Source: a virus. Taken from it: DNA of 64,000 nt. Shown here piece after piece: positions 15,384-25,796 of the stretch. The stretch covers positions 1 through 64,000 of IMG/VR virus record IMGVR_UViG_3300033552_000001. One strand, given 5' to 3'. Both the position numbers and the translations under genes were made by a program. Position 1 is the stretch's first letter, and every line of letters begins with the position of its first letter. The notes under the pieces were generated by a model. The model was not told the DNA's origin, ran no database searches, and saw only the letters and a list, made by a program, of their open reading frames with translations.

Positions 15384-18116
15384 ATGGATAACAATTCACA
15401 ACACCCATTCCTTTTAAATAATTCAGTAAATAGAAATCATTTACCCCCTCAAATGATACCCCTTGCTCAAAAAACAGAGAAATGGGGATATGCTTGTATG
15501 GATTTCTTTGAAATGATTGCTTATCAACAATGGATTGAGAATCAAAAGTTTTATAATAATTATAAGTTAGTTAATGGAGAGTTCATTCCTTCTGATTATG
15601 GCTATGATGAAAAAGAATATCAAGATAGTTTAACACAACTCTCAAAAGACTTTGATACCCCTTCTTTTTTAAAGAATTATGACATCATTTCTCAACCCTT
15701 AAATACAATGGTGGGAGAATTAGATAGTTATCCAGACACTACAAGAATTGTTGGTAAAGGGGATAGTATGGATAATGAAAGAATGAGAGTTAAAAGTGAT
15801 TTACTCAATAAGTTTTTTATAAGTAAAGTAGAGAATGAAATTAATTTAAAACTTATTGAAAGAGGGCTTGATCCTAATTTTAATGAATTTGAAACAGAGG
15901 AAGAACAGCAACAATATATACAACAAGTAAATGCAGAAAAGGAAAAATTAATGACTCCTTTACAAGTGCAAATGTATATGAATACTTCTTACAGACATCA
16001 AGCTGAAATATGGGCTGAAACTGAATTAGAAGATCAAAAACAAAGGTTCAATCTTAATGATATGAGAAGGATTGAATTCCAAGATGTTCTTACAGTTGGT
16101 AGAAGATTTAGACACATGTTTTTAAAAGCTGATGGTTTTGGTGTAGAAACAACTAATCCTATCAATACATTCTTTCAAAAATCACCAGATGTAAAATATG
16201 TACAACATGGAGATTATGCAGGAATAATTAATTTATGGACTCTTCCAGCTATTATTGATAGGTTTGGTTATATGATGAGTAGTAAACAATTAGAGTCATT
16301 ACAAAAAGGATATAAAGATGATTATTATAAACCTATTGGTGGAAGTAAAGCATTAGATGGTAGTAAAATAAATTACAATTCTCCTTCTGGAATTCCTTAT
16401 GCAACTCCTGTATTTACCTTAGATCCTGTTATAAATGCAATGCCAAGAGTAGGTGATTATAATCATGTTGGAAATGCATTAGTAACAGAAGAAATGATTT
16501 CTTCAATTAATGGTGGTAGTACTAGTGTTAATAGTACATTAAATGGAATGTATCAAGTAACAGAAGTTTATTGGAAATCACAAAAGAAAATAAGTAAAGT
16601 ATATTGGATAAATCCTGAAACAAACACTCCTGAAAAAATGCTGGTTGATGAGTCATTTATTGTCCCAGATTATTTTAAAAAAGTTGAAGGTAGTATTGTA
16701 TTTGATGAATTGGAAGATGAAATCAATACAATTACCTCCACTTACATTAATGAAATATGGACAGGTATTAAAATCAACACAGCAAAAGGAAGTATTAATT
16801 CTTTACTTGAAAAACCAATTTATTTAAATATTGGAAGGCATGATCTTCAAGGAAAAGGTGAAACAATGATATATGATTGTGTACTACCTATAGGAGGTCA
16901 AATATCAAATAATAGAAATACTACTTCTGCATCATTAGTTGATTTACTAAAACCATTTCAATTCTTGTATAACATATTTATGAATCAAGTGTATCAATAT
17001 GCTGAAAAAGAAATTGCTCCATTTATGATGTTTGATGTAAACATGCTTACCAATGATAAAGACTGGGGAGGTAAAAAAGGACTTGAAAAATGGATGTCAA
17101 TTGTAAAATCTTTTGGCATGGGTATGGTAGATACATCCCCTTCTAACATGCAAGGAGGTAATGCAGGAGGACAATTACCAAGAGTGATAGATTTAGACAT
17201 GTCTCAAAGAATGTTAACAAGATTTAGTTTAGCTCAACAAATTAAACAACTTGCCTTAGAACAAGTTGGAATTGCTCCTCAAAGACTAGGTGATATTAAA
17301 GCATCTGAAACTGCAACAGGAATTAATCAAGCTTCTGCAAGAAGTTATACTCAAACAGCTTCAAGATTTGCAGAGTTCTTTGCAGGTGAAAGAGAATTAA
17401 TGAAAATGCAATTAGATATTGCTCAAGTATTACAATCAAAAGGAAAGGATATTATGGCATCTGCTGTGCATTCTGATATGAGTAATACCTTTTTAAAGTT
17501 TAATGATAATGAATTCTCTCTTTATGATTTACACATCTATGTAACCAACTCACAAGAAGAATTGAGAAATACAGAATTAGTACAAAAACTTGGATTGGAT
17601 AATACAGTGAGTTCTAAAACTTCTGACAGAATTAAAATGGTTACTAATAAATCAATTCCTGCTATTACAAGAATTATATTAGAATCAGAAAGAGAAGAAA
17701 TGGAAATGAGAAAACAACAACAAGGACAACAAGATAGTGAATTACAACAACAACAAGAACAATTTGAAAAAACTATTGCTAAACAAGATGAACATTTTTA
17801 TGCAACACTTAAAAACAATGTTGAAACAGCTTACATCAAAGCTAATGGATTTAATGAAAATGTAGATGAAGATGCTAATGCAAATACAATTCCTGATGTA
17901 TTAGAACAACTCAAATATATATCTGCTGATAACTTAGGTAAAGGTAAATTAGCTAATGAAAGTTTAAAAATTAGTAATGCTCAAGATTTAGCACAACAAC
18001 AAATTCAATTAAAAAGAGAAGGGTTCGCTAATGATAGAGTTAAAGAAAAAAATAAACAAATTCTTGAAGGTAAAAAACTGAAAAGAACAATTGTACAGGG
18101 AGACAAAAGCAAATAA
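15384..18116 (+). CDS. Portal protein (start revised from 15327 to 15384)
   Basis: About 910 aa, follows terL; LPPQMIP..KTEKW N-terminus, FFQKSPDVKY and a Q-rich coiled C-terminus as in crAss portals. Confidence 0.88.
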   Translation: MDNNSQHPFLLNNSVNRNHLPPQMIPLAQKTEKWGYACMDFFEMIAYQQWIENQKFYNNYKLVNGEFIPSDYGYDEKEYQDSLTQLSKDFDTPSFLKNYDIISQPLNTMVGELDSYPDTTRIVGKGDSMDNERMRVKSDLLNKFFISKVENEINLKLIERGLDPNFNEFETEEEQQQYIQQVNAEKEKLMTPLQVQMYMNTSYRHQAEIWAETELEDQKQRFNLNDMRRIEFQDVLTVGRRFRHMFLKADGFGVETTNPINTFFQKSPDVKYVQHGDYAGIINLWTLPAIIDRFGYMMSSKQLESLQKGYKDDYYKPIGGSKALDGSKINYNSPSGIPYATPVFTLDPVINAMPRVGDYNHVGNALVTEEMISSINGGSTSVNSTLNGMYQVTEVYWKSQKKISKVYWINPETNTPEKMLVDESFIVPDYFKKVEGSIVFDELEDEINTITSTYINEIWTGIKINTAKGSINSLLEKPIYLNIGRHDLQGKGETMIYDCVLPIGGQISNNRNTTSASLVDLLKPFQFLYNIFMNQVYQYAEKEIAPFMMFDVNMLTNDKDWGGKKGLEKWMSIVKSFGMGMVDTSPSNMQGGNAGGQLPRVIDLDMSQRMLTRFSLAQQIKQLALEQVGIAPQRLGDIKASETATGINQASARSYTQTASRFAEFFAGERELMKMQLDIAQVLQSKGKDIMASAVHSDMSNTFLKFNDNEFSLYDLHIYVTNSQEELRNTELVQKLGLDNTVSSKTSDRIKMVTNKSIPAITRIILESEREEMEMRKQQQGQQDSELQQQQEQFEKTIAKQDEHFYATLKNNVETAYIKANGFNENVDEDANANTIPDVLEQLKYISADNLGKGKLANESLKISNAQDLAQQQIQLKREGFANDRVKEKNKQILEGKKLKRTIVQGDKSK

Positions 18117-18179
18117 TAGCTATAAAAATCCCTGTAATATTTTTATATATCCAAATAATAATTAAAATTTACAAACAAC

Positions 18180-19271
18180 ATGGAATCACAAATGAGTGTA
18201 CAAGATTGGAATGATGAAGAATTCTTAAAGTCAATTGGTTCTCAACCTCCTGAAATTACAGAAAAAGAATCATTAATAGAACCTGAAAGTAAAGCAGAAA
18301 CAGCAGAATTAGAAGATTTATCAGAAGAAGATGTATTAGCAATTAATAATGTAGATGAAAAAGTTTCTACAAAATCAAAAGCATCAACAGCATCTAATAA
18401 TGAAACTGAAATTGACAAAGATAGTTTTTATAAAGCAAGAATTGAATATGCTAAAACTATTGGTAGACTACCAGAGGATTTTGAATTAGAAGATGATGTA
18501 GTATTGGATGATGAATCTTACAGTAAAGTAATGGATTATGAAAACCAATATGTTTATGAAGCTATTGTATCACAAGTAAGAGAAGAATATATTAAAAAGC
18601 TTGGTAATAATGTAATCAATTTTGTAGAAAATGGTGGGGATGTTACTAAGATTGCTGAATTGATTAAAGAAGAAAATAAGATTGCTGAATTAAACACATC
18701 AATTGAATCTGGTCAAAAAGCAATTATTACACAGTATTATGAAGAGCTTGAATGGAGTGATACTAAAATTAAAAAACACATTGATAGACTTTTGAATGAT
18801 GATGAATTAGAAGAAGAGTCTATTGAACTGAAAGCTAAATTAGAGAAAACTGTTGGTAAAAAACAAGAACAGCTTGTAAGAAAACAAGAAGAAATTTTCC
18901 AAAAGAAAGAAGCTCTTGAAAAGAAACAGATTAATGATTTTGCTTCTGTATTAGAAGACAGAGGAATGTCTAAAAAAGCAATTGGTGAATATATTGATTA
19001 TGCTTTTAAAGATGAAGAAATCAGTGGTGTTGTAATGCCAAAGTTAGATTTTAAAATTCTACAAATTCAAAGAAAGCCAGAAGAGCTTTTAGAATTAATT
19101 GAATTTGTAAATAACAAAACAGAATATTTAAAAAGAAAATCCATTGAGATTAATAATCCTAAAGTGGATAAAACTTTTGAATCAATATTAAAGAATAAAG
19201 CTAAAATTAAAGGGAGTGGCAGTAATCCATTACAAAGTCCTGCTGGAATGAAACCAAATTTCAAATTTTAA
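18180..19271 (+). CDS. Putative scaffolding protein
   Basis: Very acidic N-half and coiled-coil C-half, immediately upstream of MCP. Confidence 0.6.
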   Translation: MESQMSVQDWNDEEFLKSIGSQPPEITEKESLIEPESKAETAELEDLSEEDVLAINNVDEKVSTKSKASTASNNETEIDKDSFYKARIEYAKTIGRLPEDFELEDDVVLDDESYSKVMDYENQYVYEAIVSQVREEYIKKLGNNVINFVENGGDVTKIAELIKEENKIAELNTSIESGQKAIITQYYEELEWSDTKIKKHIDRLLNDDELEEESIELKAKLEKTVGKKQEQLVRKQEEIFQKKEALEKKQINDFASVLEDRGMSKKAIGEYIDYAFKDEEISGVVMPKLDFKILQIQRKPEELLELIEFVNNKTEYLKRKSIEINNPKVDKTFESILKNKAKIKGSGSNPLQSPAGMKPNFKF

Positions 19272-19287
19272 ATAAATAAAACAAAAT

Positions 19288-20973
19288 ATGCAAACAGGAA
19301 AACCAATGAATACTGTTAATGGTGCTTTTCAAACTGGTATGGCATATACCAAGTTAGTAGGAACAGCTCACACAGATTCAACTACATTATTAGATTATTT
19401 TCAAGCAGACCAAACAAATTCAGTCTCACTTGGTGTACTAAAATTAGCACAGCAATTTAATCTACTTTCTTCACCATTAATTTCTATGACAGAATTGCAA
19501 AATAATGTAATTCAAACAAATGGATTTAATGCTTTATTGAATTTTCAAATTCCTTACAAAATGTCATTTCCAAAGATTAAAGAAAATCTTTGTGGTGATT
19601 TAGTTAAACCTGGAATTGGTGGAGAGGCTTTTCCAATTGTATTAACTGAAGATGCTTTTGCTCCTGGTGATATTATTACTACTGATTATAGAAATGGTAG
19701 ACAATTGGTAATTGAAAATGAACCTGTAATTCCTTATGGTGATGGTTCTAGATACATGGTTAAATTGGCTTCTTATAATGAAGTTGATGATTATTATCCA
19801 CCACAATTCTTAGAGCCTGGTACTCAATACATGAAGATTGATAATCAGCAAGGAGAATTTGATACAGGTGGTTCTAAATTATCTAACATGAATAGAATGG
19901 GTTTGATGAATTATTCTTATCAAACAGGTTCTGGAGAAATTGGTATTGAACATTGGATTACTTCTAATGGTGATATGCTTGAATTGGGAGATTTACAAAA
20001 TAATCCTTCAATGCAATGGCTGAATCAATACACAGATTTATCTTCTAATAAAGGAGTAATGAACTTTTATAAGTTTGATCCTCTTACTGGAAAACCAATG
20101 GCTAATACTATGCGTTGGATGCCAACTATTATTATGGCAATGCAGATGGAACTTGCCAAAATGAAAGAAAACAGACTTACTTGGGGACATGGTACTATGA
20201 TTCAAGGTAATGGTAGAACAAAAACAAGAGTTGGCTCTGGTTATTATCCTCAAATTAAAAACTTAGGTAATTATCAAGAATACAGTGATTTTGCTCAACT
20301 TCCAGGTATGTTAAAAAATATGGTGGGAACTATGTTTGCTGGAAGACGTGATATTCCTACAGAGAAAAGAAAGGTTAAGTTTAGAATGGGAATGGGTGCA
20401 ATGCAAATTATGCAAAAAGAATTTATGGCTGTATTCCAATCAGGAAATCCATTCACTATTTTTGCAGATCATCCAGCTATTAAAGGTAGTATTACAGGTT
20501 CTTATGATAACATTGCTTACAAACCAATTAAAGTAACATCAGTACAATATCCAGAAGTAGGTGAAGTAGAAATTGAACATGATCCATTGTTGGATATTAT
20601 TGATATTGATAATCCTAATAATGCTTATACAGGAATGTATCCTAATTCTTCTTATATGGTATTTATTGAAGATTTGTCATCAAGTGAGGTATCTAATGCA
20701 ATGCCAACTTCAGGATATTCTGTACCAGAAGGTTTTAATAAAGGAGCTAATGTGGTTATGATTAAGCCTAAAAATTACCAAGATCAAATGGGATTCAAAG
20801 TAGGTTTTGGTTGTAACCCAACTTTACAACAATTCTTAGGACAAAAACCAGACAAGTTTACTTACTCTGATGATGGTAAAGGATTTAAAGTGAAGATGAT
20901 GACAGCAGGTGAAATTTATGTAGTTGATCCTTCAAAAGTTGGTTTGATTGAATTTAAACCAAGAGTATTCTAA
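19288..20973 (+). CDS. Major capsid protein
   Basis: 561 aa in the crAss MCP position; motifs QQGEFDTGG, FRMGMGA and EVEIEHDPLLD. Confidence 0.88.
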   Translation: MQTGKPMNTVNGAFQTGMAYTKLVGTAHTDSTTLLDYFQADQTNSVSLGVLKLAQQFNLLSSPLISMTELQNNVIQTNGFNALLNFQIPYKMSFPKIKENLCGDLVKPGIGGEAFPIVLTEDAFAPGDIITTDYRNGRQLVIENEPVIPYGDGSRYMVKLASYNEVDDYYPPQFLEPGTQYMKIDNQQGEFDTGGSKLSNMNRMGLMNYSYQTGSGEIGIEHWITSNGDMLELGDLQNNPSMQWLNQYTDLSSNKGVMNFYKFDPLTGKPMANTMRWMPTIIMAMQMELAKMKENRLTWGHGTMIQGNGRTKTRVGSGYYPQIKNLGNYQEYSDFAQLPGMLKNMVGTMFAGRRDIPTEKRKVKFRMGMGAMQIMQKEFMAVFQSGNPFTIFADHPAIKGSITGSYDNIAYKPIKVTSVQYPEVGEVEIEHDPLLDIIDIDNPNNAYTGMYPNSSYMVFIEDLSSSEVSNAMPTSGYSVPEGFNKGANVVMIKPKNYQDQMGFKVGFGCNPTLQQFLGQKPDKFTYSDDGKGFKVKMMTAGEIYVVDPSKVGLIEFKPRVF

Positions 20974-20999
20974 TTAAATAAAATAACAAAACAAACAAC

Positions 21000-21809
21000 A
21001 TGAACAAATTAGTAGAAATTAAACAACAAGCAAATTCATTTGCAAAAAGTTGGAATAAAGATAAAGACATTACTGCTCATCCAAATTCTTTTAGATTTTA
21101 CACTCCAAAGAAAAATGATGCAGGTGAATGGGTTACAGGACTTAGTGAATTAGAACAAGAAGAGTTGGGAAAGAAAATTAAAAAAGATCTTTCCCCTCTT
21201 TCTAACTATTGGAGAGATTTAAACATTCTATTAGTTAATAGAATGCAACCAGTAACTTTTAATTTATCTATTACAGAACAATACATTCAATACAAATGTG
21301 CTTTAGGTAATAAGTTTATTGCTGAAAATAAAGAAAGACTTTCTGATTCAGATTATAAAATTAATGATTGTTTTCTGTATGTATTTGATCCAAAAGGTGA
21401 TGTTGAAAGAGAGAATTTAATGCAAGAAGTTAAAGATGAAGTTACTTCTATGTTATATGAAATGAGAAGTAATAAAACTAAGATGCTTCATTTCTGTGCT
21501 AAGTTAAATATTTCTTTTAATGATAATTATTCAGCAGGAGAATTTTGGAAAATGCTAAGAGGTTATTTAGATAAACAAAAAACACTTCCTCATTTACAAA
21601 CTTTTAAAGAACTTTTATCAATTCCAAATGAAGTATTATATGTTGAATACATTGTTAATAAAAACATGGGAACTGGTAAAACAATTAAAAAAATTGACAG
21701 TCAATGGGTTTATAGTACTAAATTATTAGGAGACACAAAAGCAAAAGTTATTAATTATTTTTTAAAGCATGAAGACATGTTTGCTTTATTAATTGAGGAG
21801 AATGATTAA
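21000..21809 (+). CDS. Conserved crAss structural-module protein (gene after MCP)
   Basis: 269 aa; WVTGL and DPKGDVE motifs; synteny. Confidence 0.6.
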   Translation: MNKLVEIKQQANSFAKSWNKDKDITAHPNSFRFYTPKKNDAGEWVTGLSELEQEELGKKIKKDLSPLSNYWRDLNILLVNRMQPVTFNLSITEQYIQYKCALGNKFIAENKERLSDSDYKINDCFLYVFDPKGDVERENLMQEVKDEVTSMLYEMRSNKTKMLHFCAKLNISFNDNYSAGEFWKMLRGYLDKQKTLPHLQTFKELLSIPNEVLYVEYIVNKNMGTGKTIKKIDSQWVYSTKLLGDTKAKVINYFLKHEDMFALLIEEND

Positions 21810-21820
21810 AAAATAATAAA

Positions 21821-22486
21821 ATGACATCAGAAGAATTATATTATGAGTTTCATTTATTGGTAAATAAAAACAATTCAAATCAAAATGTAAACATTGAGAA
21901 ACCACATTTTATACAGCTTTATAATAGAGAACAAGAAAGGTGGGTTTATGCAGTAATTAAAGAAAAAAATAATACAGATAGGATTAATGATATTCAACAA
22001 TTATTAGTTACTGAAAAAGAATTAATGCTATCTGAATTAAAACAAAATTATGATGTATATCAATTACCATTAGATCATTTTGAATATGTTAGTGTAAACA
22101 TTAATTGCTTAAAAAACAAAATTGAAAAAGTAATATTTGTCTACCAAATTCATCCAAAAGAAGTTAATGTTTATTTACAAGATGAATTTAGTACGCCTTC
22201 TTTTGAATGGGAAGAATCATTTTGCACAACATCAGAACATAAATTATTTGTTTACAAAAATGAATTTGATATTACTAAAGTAAAATATTCTTATTATAAA
22301 AAGCCAAAAAAGATTGAATTAAAAGGATATGTAAAATTAGAAGATGGTAAGTTGTCAGAAAATATAAATAATGAAGAATTGTCAGAAATATATCAAAGAC
22401 AAATACTTGATGAAGTAGTAAAAGAAATTATGAGACAGTATGAAAACAGTAATGGTTTTCAATTAGCACAAGAGAGAACAGTATAA
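21821..22486 (+). CDS. Tail ring / head-tail adaptor protein
   Basis: MTSEELYYEFHLLVNK...PSFEWEE...YYKKPKKI pattern of crAss ring proteins; synteny. Confidence 0.7.
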   Translation: MTSEELYYEFHLLVNKNNSNQNVNIEKPHFIQLYNREQERWVYAVIKEKNNTDRINDIQQLLVTEKELMLSELKQNYDVYQLPLDHFEYVSVNINCLKNKIEKVIFVYQIHPKEVNVYLQDEFSTPSFEWEESFCTTSEHKLFVYKNEFDITKVKYSYYKKPKKIELKGYVKLEDGKLSENINNEELSEIYQRQILDEVVKEIMRQYENSNGFQLAQERTV

Positions 22487-22522
22487 AACTTGAAGAGAAC
22501 AAGATAAATCTCATTTAATAAA

Positions 22523-24469
22523 ATGACATTAGGAAATGTTAATCAATCATACCATCAGGTTATGGTTTCAGGTGTCCCTACACCTTTGTCAACAGGTAAA
22601 ATGGTAGATTTAGCAGCAGAACAGATTGGTCTTTTTGTTACTAATGAAATTGGTGTTACAACTTTAGCTACTGGATCAGAAGATGGCAATTTTCAAATTG
22701 CACAAGGTATTCAAGATCTAGCTATTAGAGGTAAACAATTTGGTGGTGGTGTTTCAAATGCTCCAAGAAAAACTAAGAAGTTTAAAGGAACTGATTTAGT
22801 TGGATGGGAAGGTGAGAAAGCCAGCAGAAAACATCAAGGTCAAATTGTAGCATTAGGTTATGATGGAGTAGATGCTTCTAAAACATTAACAGCATTGTTA
22901 GACCGTAAAGATTTAATTATTCAGTTAAGACTTTGGGGTAATATGATTAATAAAGTGGGTGGTAATAGAACAGATTTACCAGTTCCTATTTATGTAAATA
23001 AAGGATGTTTGAAAAACAATTGTGATGTTAATTCATTGGTTGCTGCTGATATTATTGCTGATAGTATTATTGATCAAGTAGAAAAATCTGTATTGAGAAC
23101 TGGTTATAAAGTAACTGAATTGATTACAGTAAGAAAGATTAAGAAGTATGCAATTAATCCTACAGCTCCTACTGGACTTTTACAGTTCCATAAATTCAGT
23201 GTTTCATTATGTGATGATAATTCAAATGCTGCATTAGGTTTAATTCAAGCACAGTATTCTGCTTTAAAAGTAACTAGAACTAAGAGAATTGATTCTATTT
23301 CTACTTATGAAGTGTTAACACAAGATGGTGGTGTTTCTCCTACTTATACTACTACTACTCCTGCAACATTTAGTTTGTCTGCAAGAACAGTAGCTGAATG
23401 TGAGGTTTGTCCAGCAGGTAGTACTAAAGTAGATAGTGCAAAAGCTTATGAATTAAAAGGACTTTCAAGTGCAGCTGCACCAGTTATTGCAGGAAGTATT
23501 TCTGTTACCTTAGTAGGCTCTACTATTACAGAAAAAACTTACTTAGTTGTAATGGCAGACACTGCTAATGATGCAACAGTTTCTACTTCAGCTAGTTCAC
23601 AAGGATATACATCTAAACTTGTTTCAACTACAAGAGATATTTGTAATTTCCCTGCTTCTACTTATAGTTGGACAGTTGGTACAACAGTATCAAAAGCTCC
23701 ACATGATTGGAAGATTACATTAGCTGATTCTCAATGTGGAACTTCAAGACTTACTGAATTACAATTAAACTACCCAGGATTTGTTGTAGCTGTTGATTCA
23801 GTTGGAACTTGTGCAGGTACTTATAAAATTACTAATTTTAGTGAGGCTATTGAACCAGGTTGTTACCCAGAAGATTACAAATACAAAGCTCCATCAGCTT
23901 TCTTAGGGATTAATTGGGCAGATTTCACTGTTACATTGTCTGTACCTAATTGTGCTGATCCAGTATTTACAACTCCTTGTATTGCTGTGGGTGTAATTTT
24001 TGAATCTAAAATTGAAGAAGTGCAAATTGTAAATGACTACACTTATGATTTGATTGGATATGATAATCAAAGAGTTGATCCTACTCATATTGAAGTAAGT
24101 GTTGTTTCACAAGACCCAGCTTCTAATATCTGTACTGAACCAACTTATCCAGTAACACATTTACAAACTATTGTTTATCCAAAAGGACAAGGTAGATGGG
24201 TAATGAAAGAAGAAAGTTCTTCATTAGTTTATGAAGGATTGAGACGTTCAAACAATTATATCTTGAATGAATTAATTGGAGCTAAGTTTAATGCAAAGGA
24301 TGGTAAATATTATGACAGATATATTACTAAAATTAAAGATGACACTGAATATTGGGGATATAGATTGAATTCTTATTTCTTTGAAGAAGGTCAAGGTAAG
24401 CAATTTGAAGCATTGATTAATGGATTTATTGCCAAGCAAGGTTTAAAATTGAAGCCAGTATATTTATAA
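22523..24469 (+). CDS. Auxiliary capsid protein-like structural protein
   Basis: 648 aa, beta-rich with Cys pairs, in the position of the crAss001 auxiliary capsid gene; followed by a terminator. Confidence 0.65.
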   Translation: MTLGNVNQSYHQVMVSGVPTPLSTGKMVDLAAEQIGLFVTNEIGVTTLATGSEDGNFQIAQGIQDLAIRGKQFGGGVSNAPRKTKKFKGTDLVGWEGEKASRKHQGQIVALGYDGVDASKTLTALLDRKDLIIQLRLWGNMINKVGGNRTDLPVPIYVNKGCLKNNCDVNSLVAADIIADSIIDQVEKSVLRTGYKVTELITVRKIKKYAINPTAPTGLLQFHKFSVSLCDDNSNAALGLIQAQYSALKVTRTKRIDSISTYEVLTQDGGVSPTYTTTTPATFSLSARTVAECEVCPAGSTKVDSAKAYELKGLSSAAAPVIAGSISVTLVGSTITEKTYLVVMADTANDATVSTSASSQGYTSKLVSTTRDICNFPASTYSWTVGTTVSKAPHDWKITLADSQCGTSRLTELQLNYPGFVVAVDSVGTCAGTYKITNFSEAIEPGCYPEDYKYKAPSAFLGINWADFTVTLSVPNCADPVFTTPCIAVGVIFESKIEEVQIVNDYTYDLIGYDNQRVDPTHIEVSVVSQDPASNICTEPTYPVTHLQTIVYPKGQGRWVMKEESSSLVYEGLRRSNNYILNELIGAKFNAKDGKYYDRYITKIKDDTEYWGYRLNSYFFEEGQGKQFEALINGFIAKQGLKLKPVYL

Positions 24470-24490
24470 TACCAAAGTAAAATAATAATA

Positions 24491-24528
24491 AAAAGGAGAT
24501 GTTGTGAAATTCAGCATCTCCTATTTTT
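24491..24528 (+). terminator. Intrinsic terminator of the capsid operon
   Basis: 11-bp stem AGGAGATGTTG/CAGCATCTCCT followed by ATTTTT. Confidence 0.8.
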
Positions 24529-24529
24529 G

Positions 24530-25009
24530 ATGAAATTAGATTTCAATATATTAGAAACTCATAATCCAAAAACTATTGTTTTTGTTGATGAAAGTATTTA
24601 TGGAGACACTTCTCCTATCTTTCCTACTTTACAAATAAGAATGCCTAATTTAGAAAAAGTCTATAAAGCATTAATAAGAACAGAAAAAGTAAATGCTTTG
24701 TATACTACCACTATTGGTTTTTCAGAAGCTATTAGTGATTTTCCTGATGGTATTTATGAATTTAAATATTCAATTTCTCCACATAATATATCTTATGTGT
24801 GTAAGAAAGTAATTAAAGTAGACCAAGCTTATAGTGATTTAAAAAAAATAAATTCTAATATAAACTGCAAAGACGATGTTTATTTTAGTAAATTAGCAGA
24901 AATTCATTTATTACTATTAAGTAGCCAAATAGAAGTAGAGAATAATAGTGATGAAGCAAGTAAGAAATTAGAATTGGCTAAGAAATTAATTAAAAAACTA
25001 TCTTGTTAA
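24530..25009 (+). CDS. Putative tail hub protein A
   Basis: About 159 aa, FPDGIYEFKYSI motif, C-terminal Cys; synteny. Confidence 0.6.
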   Translation: MKLDFNILETHNPKTIVFVDESIYGDTSPIFPTLQIRMPNLEKVYKALIRTEKVNALYTTTIGFSEAISDFPDGIYEFKYSISPHNISYVCKKVIKVDQAYSDLKKINSNINCKDDVYFSKLAEIHLLLLSSQIEVENNSDEASKKLELAKKLIKKLSC

Positions 25010-25010
25010 T

Positions 25011-25292
25011 ATGTGTTTACCATGTGCATTAGCTCAACAACAAGCAGGAATAAATGTTCCTAGTATTGTACTACCAAATCAAACACAAAATTGTACTACT
25101 GAATTATCTTTTTTAAATTATTTAGTTAATCTAATTGATTTAAATATTTCAAGAGTAAGTAATGAAGATAAATTTCAATTACAAATTTATAAAGGTCAAA
25201 TACAATCAGGAATAAATATCCAGAATTATTGCTATATAGATTATGTAGTAGTAGAAACAAATATATTTAATGTATTATCAAAATATCCATAA
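25011..25292 (+). CDS. Putative tail hub / fibre attachment protein
   Basis: 93 aa, starts MCLPC. Confidence 0.55.
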   Translation: MCLPCALAQQQAGINVPSIVLPNQTQNCTTELSFLNYLVNLIDLNISRVSNEDKFQLQIYKGQIQSGINIQNYCYIDYVVVETNIFNVLSKYP

Positions 25293-25413
25293 ACTAATTA
25301 ATGAAGAAGCAAGTAAATTACTTGTGGAAAAAACACTGTCAATTAAAACAGATTACAGCACTATGATAGCTGCTTATTATTTGTTAAATTATAAATTAAA
25401 TAAATATGAATAG
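25270..25413 (+). CDS. Small helical protein (47 aa, not in ORF track)
   Basis: MYYQNIHKLINEEASKLLVEK... overlaps both neighbours by short stretches. Confidence 0.45.
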   Translation: MYYQNIHKLINEEASKLLVEKTLSIKTDYSTMIAAYYLLNYKLNKYE

Positions 25414-25795
25414 TTGTAATGAAAAGTGTGTAAATGGAATTACCTCTGCTAATTGTGTAGAGTATGATGCAACATTTACTGTAAAACAAAAAATAGTAGC
25501 TATTGATGATAAATTATTGTCTATTGATTTGTTATTTACTAAATCTATTGATGGTAAAACATTGGCAACAGGTCAAGATTTAATAAAAACAGTTCAAAAA
25601 TTAGTTGATGACAATTTAAAAAGTAAAGTTGCAATAAAAGCAACTTCTCAATTTGATTATTCAACTATTGATTTATCTTGTTTAACAGGAGAAACTTGTA
25701 ATACAGTAATGAGTCAAGAACAAATTATTTCTTTATTAATTAAAGAAGTTTGTTTTTTAAAAGGTAAATTAATTAACATTTCAACAAATTATTAA
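25406..25795 (+). CDS. Putative fibre subunit
   Basis: Cys-rich N-terminus (SCNEKC, SANCVEY) and DLSCL motif like crAss fibre genes. Confidence 0.6.
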   Translation: MNSCNEKCVNGITSANCVEYDATFTVKQKIVAIDDKLLSIDLLFTKSIDGKTLATGQDLIKTVQKLVDDNLKSKVAIKATSQFDYSTIDLSCLTGETCNTVMSQEQIISLLIKEVCFLKGKLINISTNY

Positions 25796-25796
25796 T

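Noticed and set aside
22523-24469. Contractile tail sheath
   Set aside because: No tube, baseplate or tape-measure genes; crAss-like phages are podoviruses and the syntenic protein is a capsid auxiliary protein in the crAss001 structure.
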